Positions 1-10,052 of a DNA stretch of 64,000 nucleotides are shown here, piece by piece (position 1 is the first letter of the stretch; each line of letters starts with the position of its first letter). The position numbers were made by a program, and so were the translations under genes. The DNA lies in NCBI GenBank assembly GCA_963677605.2, contig CAXXDX010000003.1, positions 34,962 through 98,961 on the forward strand. The letters run 5' to 3'. The notes below the pieces were generated by a model. It did no database searches. It was not told the origin of the DNA and worked only from the letters and a program-made list of their open reading frames with translations. The stretch comes from Christensenellaceae bacterium (GTDB taxonomy: Bacteria; Bacillota; Clostridia; Christensenellales; UMGS416).

Positions 1-1536
1 CCGATAGACATTTCCTTTGTAAGGACTTTGGACGAAGACACGGAAAGCAATATTCTTCCCAGAACTCCAGGAGAAACATTAGAAAGCAACAGGTGGCTAA
101 CGGCTTATTTTGAAAAACTCGGAATAAATATTACGTATGATTGGATAGTAAATGGCGGATATGACAGTGATCCGTATATTCAAAAGATGAATGTCGCGAT
201 AGCTTCAGGCGATTTGCCGGACATCATTCCTGTTGGTCCTTCTCATTTAAAACAAATGGTGGACTCAAGCATGTTAAAGAACCTTTCTCCATATTGGGAT
301 AAATATGCATCGGATATGCTCAAAGACATTTATACATCCCAAGGAGAATTTATACTGGGATCTTCTACATTTGAAGGAAAACTGCAGGCAATTACATCTT
401 TTACAGATGGATATCTTGATGGACTATTCATTTGGATAAGAGCGGACTGGCTGAGAAAGCTTAATCTAGAGCCACCTGAAAACATGGAGGATCTGTTAAA
501 CATTGCACGGGAGTTTACAGAAAATGATCCTGATGGCAACGGACTTGATGATACATATGGATTTGCCGTGACAAAAGATCTTCACGATGGTGTACTGGGG
601 TTGGAGGGATTTTTCTCCGGATTCCATGCATATCCGAATATTTGGGTAGAAGATGATTCTGGAAAGCTCGTATATGGAAGTGTAATGCCTGAAATGAAAA
701 AAGCACTGAGTGTTCTGGCCGATATGTATCAAAAAGGTCAGATAGACAAAGAATTTGGTATGAAGGACTTGAGCAATGTTTCTGAAAGTTTAGAGGATGG
801 GAAAATTGGGATTGAGTTTGGGGCACAATGGAATCCAATGTATCCTCTAATAAGCAGCTATAACAAAGACAATGAAGCTGATTGGACAGGCTACGCGCTT
901 GTTTCTGCAGACGAAAAGCCTGCATACTCACCTTCAGTTTTTGGCATGAGCCTTTTTTATGCTGTTAATGCTAATTGTGAGTATCCTGAGGCGTTGCTAA
1001 AGCTTCTTAACATGCATGTAGAGCTATGCTGGGGTGAAACTAGTGATTTTAATTATTACTATATGCCGGAAGAGAATGAAAATGTTGGCGTATGGAAATT
1101 CTCTCCCGTTACTCCTTCTCTGCCGCTGAAAAACCTTAAGGCATTTGAGAAATTAGAGGCAGCTCGTGCTGAAGGTTCATTCAGCCATCTAACCGGAGAA
1201 GCTGCGATAATACAGAGAAACGTAGAAGCTTTTCAAAACGGTGATTTGTCACAATGGGGATGGTTTAAAATCTATGGTCCTGACGGAGTTTACAAACATG
1301 CTGTCAAATATAACCAAAATAATCTATATATGTGGGACAAGTATACAGGCACCCCGACTCCGACAATGAGCATAAGTATGAACACACTAAAACAAATCGA
1401 GAGAGAAGTTTTTGTAAAAATCGTTATGGGATCTTTAGAAATTGATGCTTTTGATGAGTTTGTTAATGATTGGTATCAGGTTGGCGGTAGAAAAATAACT
1501 GAGGAAGTAAACGCATGGTATTCTTCACAACCTTAA
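1..1536 (+). CDS. Large extracellular solute-binding protein of a carbohydrate ABC transporter (LplA-like), 5'-partial at window edge
   Basis: Frame 1 is open from base 1 (no stop before the tracked TTG at 28), so the N-terminus lies upstream of the window. Size and W/Y/D/N-rich composition resemble the two complete large lipoprotein SBPs in this window (6339-8123, 59028-60713). Stop TAA at 1534-1536. Confidence 0.75.
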   Translation, partial: PIDISFVRTLDEDTESNILPRTPGETLESNRWLTAYFEKLGINITYDWIVNGGYDSDPYIQKMNVAIASGDLPDIIPVGPSHLKQMVDSSMLKNLSPYWDKYASDMLKDIYTSQGEFILGSSTFEGKLQAITSFTDGYLDGLFIWIRADWLRKLNLEPPENMEDLLNIAREFTENDPDGNGLDDTYGFAVTKDLHDGVLGLEGFFSGFHAYPNIWVEDDSGKLVYGSVMPEMKKALSVLADMYQKGQIDKEFGMKDLSNVSESLEDGKIGIEFGAQWNPMYPLISSYNKDNEADWTGYALVSADEKPAYSPSVFGMSLFYAVNANCEYPEALLKLLNMHVELCWGETSDFNYYYMPEENENVGVWKFSPVTPSLPLKNLKAFEKLEAARAEGSFSHLTGEAAIIQRNVEAFQNGDLSQWGWFKIYGPDGVYKHAVKYNQNNLYMWDKYTGTPTPTMSISMNTLKQIEREVFVKIVMGSLEIDAFDEFVNDWYQVGGRKITEEVNAWYSSQP

Positions 1537-1792
1537 TTATTTTATCTTCTACAAATAATGAGTAAACAAATGATAAGCAAGTAAAAACATGCAACTGGTA
1601 TTGTTTGATTGTATATTCTAAAATAACATATATGGTTATCTAACCTATTTTAAAACAAGTAAGGATTGCATTCATAAAAGCTATAATCAGGCTTTATGGG
1701 TGCAATTATACATATACTTAATTACATCTTTGGTCTTTTTAAAATGTTTAAATAAGCAGTATTCGTTAAAACAGGAGGATAATAATATTCAG

Positions 1793-3271
1793 ATGCATAA
1801 TATCATTGTAAACACAGAAACAAAAAAAGGTACTATTAGCAGGCATATCTACGGACATTTTGCTGAACACTTGGGAAGATGTATATATGGAGGTATTTGG
1901 GTTGGAGAAGATTCAGAAATCCCAAATATTCGCGGATACAGGACAGATGTAGTAGAGGCTCTTCAGAATCTTAATATCCCGAACCTTAGGTGGCCGGGAG
2001 GATGCTTTGCCGACACATATCATTGGAAAGACGGTATAGGGCCAAAAGATAACAGACCTTCTATGATAAATTCTCATTGGGGCGGTGTTGTGGAGAACAA
2101 TCATTTCGGCACTCATGAGTTTATGGAGTTTTGCAAGCTTATAGGAGCGGAACCTTATATTTGTGGAAATGTAGGCAGCGGTACAGTTCAGGAAATGCAG
2201 CAATGGGTAGAATACATAACATTTGATGGAAAATCTCCAATGGCAGATCTTCGACGAGAAAACGGGCGCGAAGAGCCTTGGAAATTGAAGTATTTCGGAG
2301 TAGGAAATGAAAATTGGGGCTGTGGCGGAAATATGTGCCCTGAATACTATGCCGATCTTTATAAAAGATATGCATCTTATGTTCAAAACTTTGGCGATAA
2401 CAAAATTTATAAGATAGCCGGCGGTGCTAATGAAGCTGATTATAATTGGATGGAAGTGTTGATGCGTGAAGCGTGTCATATGATGGATGGGCTAAGCGTG
2501 CATTATTATTCAGCTGCTGGTGATTTTTGGAATGAAAAAGGCTCTTCTACCGAATTTGGTGAAGAGGGATGGTTTAAGACGTTTCAGAGAACTCTGTTTA
2601 TGGAGGAAATGCTGACAAAACATGAAGAGGTTATGGATAAATATGATCCGGACAAAAGAGTGGCTCTTATTGTTGATGAATGGGGCACATGGTATGATCC
2701 GGAGCCGGGAATGAATCCAAGGTTTTTATATCAGCAAAGTACGCTAAGAGACGCATTGGTTGCGGCAGTTAATTTCAACATTTTTAATAACCACTGCGAT
2801 AGAGTAAAGATGGCTAATATTGCGCAAATGGTGAATGTACTGCAATCTATTATACTCACCGAAGGCAGCAATATGGTTCTTACGCCTACGTATCATGCTT
2901 TTGACTTATATAAAGTACACTTCGATTCTCAGCTTCTTGAGACTGCTTTTGAGAGTCCTAAATACGGATATGAAAACAATGAGCTTCCACAGCTGAGTGT
3001 GTCGTCATCGCAGGATGATGAAGGGTATATACATGTTACTCTATGCAACATAAATCCTAATCAAGATATGGACATTAACTTGGATTTACGAGGATTTAAA
3101 GCAGAGAATGCAACGGCAAAGGTTATTACAGCTGATGAGATGAATGCAAAAAATACATTTGATGGCTTAAATGATGTCTCAATTAAGAATTTCAATAAAG
3201 TTAGTATAAGTTCGGATGGAGTAAAATTCTCTATTCCATCAAAATCTATAGTTATGCTTGAACTTAAGTAA
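1793..3271 (+). CDS. abfA: Alpha-L-arabinofuranosidase, glycoside hydrolase family 51
   Basis: N-terminal [23 protein letters not shown]...[20 protein letters not shown] block. Also [11 protein letters not shown] (acid/base Glu) and IVDEWGTWY (nucleophile Glu) motifs typical of GH51. Start moved to ATG 1793, which follows acaggaggat (1771-1780); the 31 upstream codons of the tracked ORF look non-coding. Confidence 0.9.
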   Translation: MHNIIVNTETKKGTISRHIYGHFAEHLGRCIYGGIWVGEDSEIPNIRGYRTDVVEALQNLNIPNLRWPGGCFADTYHWKDGIGPKDNRPSMINSHWGGVVENNHFGTHEFMEFCKLIGAEPYICGNVGSGTVQEMQQWVEYITFDGKSPMADLRRENGREEPWKLKYFGVGNENWGCGGNMCPEYYADLYKRYASYVQNFGDNKIYKIAGGANEADYNWMEVLMREACHMMDGLSVHYYSAAGDFWNEKGSSTEFGEEGWFKTFQRTLFMEEMLTKHEEVMDKYDPDKRVALIVDEWGTWYDPEPGMNPRFLYQQSTLRDALVAAVNFNIFNNHCDRVKMANIAQMVNVLQSIILTEGSNMVLTPTYHAFDLYKVHFDSQLLETAFESPKYGYENNELPQLSVSSSQDDEGYIHVTLCNINPNQDMDINLDLRGFKAENATAKVITADEMNAKNTFDGLNDVSIKNFNKVSISSDGVKFSIPSKSIVMLELK

Positions 3272-3393
3272 ATAATTTGGATTGAAACAGTTTATACTTG
3301 TGGAGTTATATATCAAAATTATATAATGAAACTCATACATTCTTAAACAGATGTACAGATAATACTTAATAATTTTAATATATGGAGAATCTA

Positions 3394-3648
3394 ATGGAAC
3401 GAGAGTGCAGGAATTGCGCTGGAAGTGTGCATATTACTGAAAGTCAGATTAAAGAGCAGATGGAGCTAGTTTTAAAATCGGGAGTGCCGATTACGGAAGA
3501 GAGTTTATATGCAAAAAGAATAGATATCTGCAAAAGCTGTGATAAGTTGGTTTACGGAACTACATGCATGAGCTGCGGATGTCTTGTCAGAGTTCGGGCA
3601 CTCAATGCTTTAAGAATATGTCCAAATCCTTCAGGGAATAAGTGGTAG
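3394..3648 (+). CDS. Small cysteine-rich protein (8 Cys, putative zinc-ribbon-like), function unknown
   Basis: 84 aa. Cys pattern CxxC (CRNC), CxxC (CKSC), CxxCxC (CMSCGC) and a final C in RICPNP. GGAG RBS 6 nt upstream of ATG 3394 (the tracked ATG 3382 lies inside the RBS). I have a vague recollection of a Firmicutes DUF family with this pattern but cannot verify it. Confidence 0.6.
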   Translation: MERECRNCAGSVHITESQIKEQMELVLKSGVPITEESLYAKRIDICKSCDKLVYGTTCMSCGCLVRVRALNALRICPNPSGNKW

Positions 3649-3941
3649 GAACATATTTTGGAGATATTATGCACAGCTATTTCTCTGTATAGCATTTTTT
3701 GTTAATATGAAACTGTTATTGACTTAATGATATTATTTTTGAAATGGATGAGAAAAAGCTTTTTAAAATGAATAGTTCTAACTGCATAAATAATTATTCC
3801 GGAACAAATGATATGAGGATGCGATAGAAAATCACTCGTTAAAAAATAGACTAAATCATATTTCATATCATATAAATTTTTTGAGTAAATCAATTTTCAT
3901 AAGATCATTTCACAGGCAAATTTAGGTGAGTATGACACATA

Positions 3942-3980
3942 AAATATCAGCAATAATTTATTGCTGATATTTTTTATTTT
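3942..3980 (+). terminator. Orphan Rho-independent terminator-like hairpin
   Basis: Perfect 13-bp stem AAATATCAGCAAT / ATTGCTGATATTT with 5-nt loop, followed by TTTATTTT. It lies about 290 nt downstream of the nearest upstream + strand stop (3648), with no convincing ORF in between. Confidence 0.55.
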
Positions 3981-4132
3981 AATGGTCGAATTTATAGAAA
4001 ATTGGTATTAATCATCTTGGATTGACGAGGTGATAAATGTTAATTTAATTTATTTATATCAAAAAAATAGGCAATTTATAAAATTTAATCATTAAAAATA
4101 TGGTTAAAATAGTCAAAAAAATTCGTTGGAGA

Positions 4133-4166
4133 GTAAAAATATGATAAGAAGTAAAAAAATGATAAG
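4133..4166 (+). repeat. Tandem direct repeat GTAAAAATATGATAAG / GTAAAAAAATGATAAG at 18-nt phase (degenerate third copy near 4191-4211)
   Basis: Read directly from the sequence: 4133-4148 and 4151-4166 differ at one position. ATGAGATAAGAAAGTAAAAAG at 4191-4211 carries the same words in swapped order. Located about 280-310 nt upstream of the ABC permease operon start (4447). Confidence 0.5.
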
Positions 4167-4446
4167 TTCCAAAAAAACAAATCTGTATAAATGAGATAAG
4201 AAAGTAAAAAGGTGAAAATAGCAACTTGATTGCACGCTATATATAATTAAAATATGGTTTTTCATAAAAGATTTCAAAACAAAAACAACATAGATGGCAG
4301 ACAAAATTTTATATGCAGTTATATCGTATTTGATTTTGCATAAGAGCACTTCAAGCGGGATATTTTGATTGCTGTAATTTACCTTGCAAAAATCCGAAGT
4401 ATTCAACTTTTAATAGAAAATATTTTATTAGCGAAAGGGAGAACTT

Positions 4447-5367
4447 ATGAGCTTTTTTGGATCAAGTAAAAAACGGAGATCATTTTATAAGTTTTTGGTC
4501 ATAGTGCCGTTTCTTATGTTAGTTTTTATGTTTGCGTATTTCCCGTTGTATGGTTGGGTTTATACATTTTATGATTATAAACCTCCAATACCACTCTCCA
4601 AATCTCCATTTGTAGGACTGCATTGGTTTAGTTATCTATTTGGAAACAAGATAAAGATACTACAGCTTTGGCAGGTTATAAAAAACACATTTGCGATAAG
4701 TGGTCTGGGAGTACTTTTTTCGTGGCTGCCAATGGTGTTTGCCATTTTCCTGCATGAAATAAGGGTAGTCAGATATAAGAAAATTATTCAGACGGTCACT
4801 ACACTTCCAAACTTTATAAGCTGGGTACTGGTGTTTTCGATAGCGTTTTCGTTCTTTTCCAGCTCCGGTATGGTAAACAACCTGCTTCTGAGCATGGGAG
4901 TTATTGAACAGCCTATAAGGTATTTGGAAACATCAAAAGGAATATATGTCTCAATGTGGCTGTGGCACACATGGAAGTCCTTGGGTTGGGCAGCAATAAT
5001 GTACATTGCAGCAATAGCAGGGATAGATGAAACATTATATGAAGCTGCACGCGTTGACGGTGCGAAAAGGATTCAGATAATCAGGCATATTACAATACCG
5101 GGATTGCTTCCCACTTACTTTGTACTATTATTATTGCAGGTTGCAGCCTTTTTAAACAATGGAATGGAACAGTATTTTGTATTCCAGAATGCGTTTAATA
5201 AAGAGACTATTCAAGTTCTGGACCTTTATGTTTATAACCTGGCAACCGGAGGCGGCAGTTATTCGCTTTCAGCAGGTATAAGTATGCTTAAAAGCATTAT
5301 AAGTGTTGGACTGCTTACGGTTGTAAATGGTCTTTCAAAATCAATAAGGGGAGATAGCATAGTATGA
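4447..5367 (+). CDS. Carbohydrate ABC transporter permease (LplB-like)
   Basis: Multi-TM protein with EAA-loop motif EAARVDGAKRIQIIRHITIPGL. RBS aagggag upstream of ATG. ATGA overlap with the next permease gene. Confidence 0.9.
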   Translation: MSFFGSSKKRRSFYKFLVIVPFLMLVFMFAYFPLYGWVYTFYDYKPPIPLSKSPFVGLHWFSYLFGNKIKILQLWQVIKNTFAISGLGVLFSWLPMVFAIFLHEIRVVRYKKIIQTVTTLPNFISWVLVFSIAFSFFSSSGMVNNLLLSMGVIEQPIRYLETSKGIYVSMWLWHTWKSLGWAAIMYIAAIAGIDETLYEAARVDGAKRIQIIRHITIPGLLPTYFVLLLLQVAAFLNNGMEQYFVFQNAFNKETIQVLDLYVYNLATGGGSYSLSAGISMLKSIISVGLLTVVNGLSKSIRGDSIV

Positions 5368-6302
5368 GTAATATCCTATTAAAAAAATCAAACAAAAATA
5401 GAATAAAAGAGACCAATGACTTGTCTGATAAAATAATGATGGCAGTCGTATACATTCTATTCGGTGTTTTCGCATTCTTTTGCATATATCCGTTCTATTA
5501 TATTTTTATCAACACTATCAGCTCAAATGAACTCAGCTCAAATGGTGAAATCTTGTTTTTGCCATCAGGGATACATTTCCAAAACTATGTTAACGTATTT
5601 AAAATAAAAGGTCTTTGGAATGCAATGTTTATATCACTATCTAGAACATTGCTGGGAACCGGTTTAACTGTTTTTGCTTCTGCTTTTCTGGGGTTTATGT
5701 TCACTCAGGAGGATATGTGGAAAAGAAGATTTTGGTACCGATTCACCTTAATTACAATGTATTTTAACGCAGGAATAATTCCTTGGTATCTTACTATGAG
5801 GACACTGGGGCTTACTAATAATTTCCTTGCATATATACTTCCATGGATAGTCTCCCCATTTTTCATAATTTTGGTAAAGACATTTGTAGAGTCAACGCCA
5901 AAGGAACTGCAGCAGGCTGCAGAGATTGACGGAGCCAGCTTTTTGAAATTCTTTTTTGTCATTATGCTGCCGCTTATTCAGCCAATTTTAGCTACGGTTG
6001 CAATATTTAGTGCGGTTAATCAGTGGAACTCATTTCAAGACACTCTCCTGCTTGTAACAGAGTCCAGACTTAATACATTGCAATTTGTACTTTATCAGTA
6101 TATTAATCAGGCGAACTCGTTAGCTACACTTTTGAACAATCAAAACTCTTCTATGGCGCTTGCGTCTTTAGCAAAAAAACAGACAACTGTATCGGTAAGA
6201 ATGACAGTAACTATTATTGTAGTATTGCCCATAATCATGGTATATCCATTTTTTCAGAGATTCTTTATCAAAGGCATCATGATTGGGGCTGTAAAAGGAT
6301 AA
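5364..6302 (+). CDS. Carbohydrate ABC transporter permease (LplC-like)
   Basis: Multi-TM protein with QAAEIDGASFLKFFFVIMLPL EAA-type loop. 4-nt ATGA start/stop overlap with the upstream permease indicates an operon. Confidence 0.9.
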   Translation: MSNILLKKSNKNRIKETNDLSDKIMMAVVYILFGVFAFFCIYPFYYIFINTISSNELSSNGEILFLPSGIHFQNYVNVFKIKGLWNAMFISLSRTLLGTGLTVFASAFLGFMFTQEDMWKRRFWYRFTLITMYFNAGIIPWYLTMRTLGLTNNFLAYILPWIVSPFFIILVKTFVESTPKELQQAAEIDGASFLKFFFVIMLPLIQPILATVAIFSAVNQWNSFQDTLLLVTESRLNTLQFVLYQYINQANSLATLLNNQNSSMALASLAKKQTTVSVRMTVTIIVVLPIIMVYPFFQRFFIKGIMIGAVKG

Positions 6303-6338
6303 CAATGAAATTGTTATAAATTAAAAGGAGGATTTGAA

Positions 6339-8123
6339 ATGAAAGACAAAAAGGTAACAAGGCTAGTTGTGTTTATGCTGATAGGTTTGCTTATGCTATC
6401 TGCATTATTAACAGGCTGTAACAATTCAACTTCGAATGAAAAAGAAGAGACTGTAACTGCCGCTCCGGCAAAAGAGGATGCTGCTGATACTGATTCAGAC
6501 TCTAAAGAAGAATCAAAAGAGTTGGAAACTCTGGTATTGGATATATTCGACAACGCAGCTAACTATCAGGGCGAACAGCCTGGTTGGTTTGGATATATCG
6601 TTAAAGAGAAGTTCAATCTAGTTTTGAACATACTAGCTCCACAGATTTCCGGCGATCAGCTTTATCAGACAAGAGCTGCAGCAGGCAACTTAGGCGATAT
6701 TGTCATTATTGATAATGCACAGTGGGTTGACTGTATAAACGCTGGTTTGGTATCTGATTTAACAGATATTCTTCCTGGAACTGAGTATTTGAGTCAATAC
6801 ATGGATCACTTTGTTGGATTTAACAAATCATTTGATTCTGTAACAAACGGAAGAATATATGGAATGCCTGACTTTATAGCAGATACTTCTCCTACATCAT
6901 TCTCAGAGACACAGCCTTATTCCAGCCCTGAAATGTATTGGCCTTGGTATAGAGAGTTAGGAATGCCTGAGATAGAAGATCTTGACGGATTGCTTGACTA
7001 TATGGAAGAAGCATATAATGCTTATCCGACAACAGCTGATGGCAAACCTCATATTCCAATAACAATCTGGAAAGATTGGGATACTAACTATATGGAAGCA
7101 GCCTGCTGGATAGGTCAGTGGTATGGTTACCAGTGTGATAATACAACAAGCTCGGTTCAGATTGGCTCTGAGGGAGACATTATTTCAATTATTGACGATG
7201 CATCATCATATAAGATTGGTCTCCAGTTCTTATTTGACTGCAACCAGAGAGGCTTGATGGACCCTGACGCTGCTTCACAACAATGGATGGATGTTAATGC
7301 TAAGTATACTAATGGCCAGGTCAACCTTATGTGGTATACATGGTCAAGAGGTTTCTATAACTCAACTGATAAAGCAGCTAATGGTGATGGATGGATAGTT
7401 ATTCCTATAAGTGATTTAGACATAAGCCAGCCCGGTGATGCCTATTATGGACAGAGCAGAGTATGGTGTCTTGGCAGTCAAGCACAGGATCCGGAAAGGA
7501 CTATGGAGTTTATAGATTGGCTTAATAGCCCAGAAGGTCTCCGTTATGTTCATTCAGGTATTGAAGATTTCGTATTTGAAAAAATGGATAACGGCAAATT
7601 CCAGTATACAGAACTTGGATGGAATGCGTTCACAGAGAATGCTCCTGTACCAGAAGAGTACGGCGGTGGAAACTATCAGGATGGTATTAGTGCAATCAAT
7701 ACATGCATCATGGGCAGCTTTACTGTCGATCCTGATACAGGTGAATTCTACAATCCGGCTTATTGGGCAGCTGAAGTTGAAAAGAATAAGAACCAGCTTA
7801 CAAATGAATGGTCTGAGAGATTCAGCGGAGCGACAAACCCAACTGAGTATTTCCTTCAAAATAATCAGATGACTGTTACACCGCAGATTAATGCTGACCT
7901 TGGTTCTGATACTTCTGATATTAAAACCATCCGCAGCCAGTGTGCACAGATACTAAAAGACACATCATGGCAGATGGTATTTGCAGCTGATCAGGCAGAG
8001 TTTGACACTCTTTGGGCTGACATGAAAACACAGCTTGACGGACTTGACTGGCAGACACTTCTTGCTTCTGATATTGAGAAAGCTCAGAAGAAAGTTGACC
8101 TTATAGAGGCAGCTTTAAACTAA
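6339..8123 (+). CDS. Large lipoprotein solute-binding protein of the sugar ABC transporter
   Basis: Signal peptide with lipobox LLTGC. S/T/E/D-rich linker after the Cys. 594 aa with W/Y-rich mature domain. RBS aaaggagga. Follows the two permease genes directly. Confidence 0.85.
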   Translation: MKDKKVTRLVVFMLIGLLMLSALLTGCNNSTSNEKEETVTAAPAKEDAADTDSDSKEESKELETLVLDIFDNAANYQGEQPGWFGYIVKEKFNLVLNILAPQISGDQLYQTRAAAGNLGDIVIIDNAQWVDCINAGLVSDLTDILPGTEYLSQYMDHFVGFNKSFDSVTNGRIYGMPDFIADTSPTSFSETQPYSSPEMYWPWYRELGMPEIEDLDGLLDYMEEAYNAYPTTADGKPHIPITIWKDWDTNYMEAACWIGQWYGYQCDNTTSSVQIGSEGDIISIIDDASSYKIGLQFLFDCNQRGLMDPDAASQQWMDVNAKYTNGQVNLMWYTWSRGFYNSTDKAANGDGWIVIPISDLDISQPGDAYYGQSRVWCLGSQAQDPERTMEFIDWLNSPEGLRYVHSGIEDFVFEKMDNGKFQYTELGWNAFTENAPVPEEYGGGNYQDGISAINTCIMGSFTVDPDTGEFYNPAYWAAEVEKNKNQLTNEWSERFSGATNPTEYFLQNNQMTVTPQINADLGSDTSDIKTIRSQCAQILKDTSWQMVFAADQAEFDTLWADMKTQLDGLDWQTLLASDIEKAQKKVDLIEAALN

Positions 8124-8151
8124 GCAATATTAATAACTAAACTAATTGAAT

Positions 8152-8188
8152 GCAAAATAGGGATATGTATTTTATATATCCCTTTTGC
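8152..8188 (+). terminator. Stem-loop / putative terminator after the SBP gene
   Basis: GGGATAT/ATATCCC inner stem with 9-nt loop. It is extended by GCAAAA/TTTTGC with a 2-nt bulge, so the T-run is part of the outer stem and termination strength is uncertain. Confidence 0.45.
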
Positions 8189-8400
8189 ATAATAATATGA
8201 CAGCCATTAAATAATTTGTACTAAGGGTAATTACATATCAGTTAAAACAGCGTGCAAAATGAGGTTGTTTATCTGAGAAATGACGAGATTGAGTTATTGG
8301 GCTGATTTAGCATGTTGCAATTAAGGGTTTTAGTTTCCACAGAATGAATACAAATTATAAGTCGATTGAAAGTGATTAGAAATAATAACAGGAGGATATT

Positions 8401-10011
8401 ATGGGAAATAAGGCTACAGTTACAGTTCATCCGAAGTTTAAAATTGGGGATATATCGCCGCGTCTCTATGGCGCTTTTTTAGAGCCTATAGGCTCTATGG
8501 TTAACGGAAGCATGTATAATCCAAAGCATCCAACTGCAGATAATAAAGGATTTCGAAATGATTTTATTGAAGCAATAAAGGCAACAAACCTTCCTGCAGT
8601 GCGTTTGCCTGGAGGAAATTTTGTGTCCGGTTGGGATTGGAAAGATTCAATAGGACCTATTAGCGAAAGAAAAAAACATCTTGATTTGGCATGGTTTCAA
8701 TATATTCCGAATGATATAGGTCATGATGAATACCTGCAGTGGATGGAACGCATAAACTCTGAAGCGCTCTACACTATAAACCTGGGAACTGGAGATATAA
8801 ACGATGCAATAAGCATCGTGGAATATACAAACCATGAGGGTGGCACATACTGGAGCGACCTTCGCAAGAAAAATGGGCACGAAAAGCCTTATGGTGTTAA
8901 AACGTGGTATCTTGGGAACGAGATGGATGGGCCTTGGCAAATAGCGTCTTGGGAGAAAAACCCAAAGGGATATGGAGTGCTGGCTCATGAATCTTCAAAA
9001 GCCATGAAGTGGGTGGACCCGACTATAGAAACTGTGGCTTGTGTATCCTCTTCTCCATTTTTGCATACATATCCGCAGTGGGATTTTGATGTATTACAGG
9101 AGTGCTATGAGACCGTTGACTATATATCTTTACATCATTATCATGCGGCACCAATGGATGATATTGGAGCATTGTTAGGCGGTTCTGTAATCTTTGAGGA
9201 CTATATAAGAACTGAAATTGCACTCTGTGATTTAGTTCAGACCAAACTGCGCAGTCCGAAAAAAATGATGTTATCATTTGATGAGTACGGAAGTTCTGAA
9301 GCGCCTGTGAAAGAGTTGCACTATGGCAGAGCGGAAAGGACAAGCTCTTCAGTATTTTATCAGTCTGATCCTGCGAAAAAATATGTGAATCACGATCCGG
9401 ACGATTGGAGTCAGAGAAAAATGCGTTTTAGAAGTCACGAGATTCTTAACGCGTTAACCGGTGCGTCAACGATACTCACTCTTTTAAAATATGCTGACAG
9501 GATAAAGATAGGATGTATGACGCGCGGTCTTGGTGCGCTTGCAGCTACAAGTCGCGAGCATGTATGGAAATCAGCTTCTCACTATGCATTTACTGACCTG
9601 ATAAATTATGGACGCGGAGTATCACTTTCAACTTCAGTTGATTGTGACACTTATGATATTCCAGCTTATGCATTGAGTGATTTTCAGCAGTATGACACCC
9701 ATGAAGGAGTACCTTTCATTGATTCAGCATGCGCATATGATGAACAAAACGGTGAAGTAAATATATTTGTCATAAACAGGAACTGGAATGAAGACACGAC
9801 ATTGGATCTTGATGTTTCAGGATTTGGAGACCTTGAGTTTATCGAGCACAAAGAGCTTTTCAGTGAAGATATAAAAGCATCAAACTCATATGAGAATCCG
9901 GATAATATATTGCCTTGTGTTAGCTCTATGGCAAACTATAATGACGGGAAGCTTAAAACTACAGTAAAAAAGCTTTCGTGGAATGTATTGAGATTTAAAA
10001 CTAAAAAGTAA
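8401..10011 (+). CDS. Alpha-L-arabinofuranosidase, GH51 (second, divergent paralog)
   Basis: RLYGAFLEPIG...LPGGNFVSGWDWKDSIGP N-terminal block. WYLGNEMDGPWQ (acid/base Glu) and MLSFDEYGS (nucleophile Glu position) motifs. RBS acaggagga. Confidence 0.85.
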   Translation: MGNKATVTVHPKFKIGDISPRLYGAFLEPIGSMVNGSMYNPKHPTADNKGFRNDFIEAIKATNLPAVRLPGGNFVSGWDWKDSIGPISERKKHLDLAWFQYIPNDIGHDEYLQWMERINSEALYTINLGTGDINDAISIVEYTNHEGGTYWSDLRKKNGHEKPYGVKTWYLGNEMDGPWQIASWEKNPKGYGVLAHESSKAMKWVDPTIETVACVSSSPFLHTYPQWDFDVLQECYETVDYISLHHYHAAPMDDIGALLGGSVIFEDYIRTEIALCDLVQTKLRSPKKMMLSFDEYGSSEAPVKELHYGRAERTSSSVFYQSDPAKKYVNHDPDDWSQRKMRFRSHEILNALTGASTILTLLKYADRIKIGCMTRGLGALAATSREHVWKSASHYAFTDLINYGRGVSLSTSVDCDTYDIPAYALSDFQQYDTHEGVPFIDSACAYDEQNGEVNIFVINRNWNEDTTLDLDVSGFGDLEFIEHKELFSEDIKASNSYENPDNILPCVSSMANYNDGKLKTTVKKLSWNVLRFKTKK

Positions 10012-10052
10012 GGCAGCTAAAAAAGCAACAAATTATACAGGGGTAAAAAACA

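Noticed and set aside
4133-4211. Direct repeats considered as a mini-CRISPR or tandem-repeat locus
   Set aside because: Only two good copies, 16 nt long and separated by 2 nt, with no spacers and no cas genes. They are better interpreted as a possible protein-binding array.
3702-4406. Minus-strand ORFs 3702-3893 (63 aa) and 4113-4406 (97 aa) in the AT-rich spacer
   Set aside because: Low-complexity I/F/L/K/Y-rich translations typical of AT-rich non-coding DNA. No RBS and no similarity to anything I recognise.
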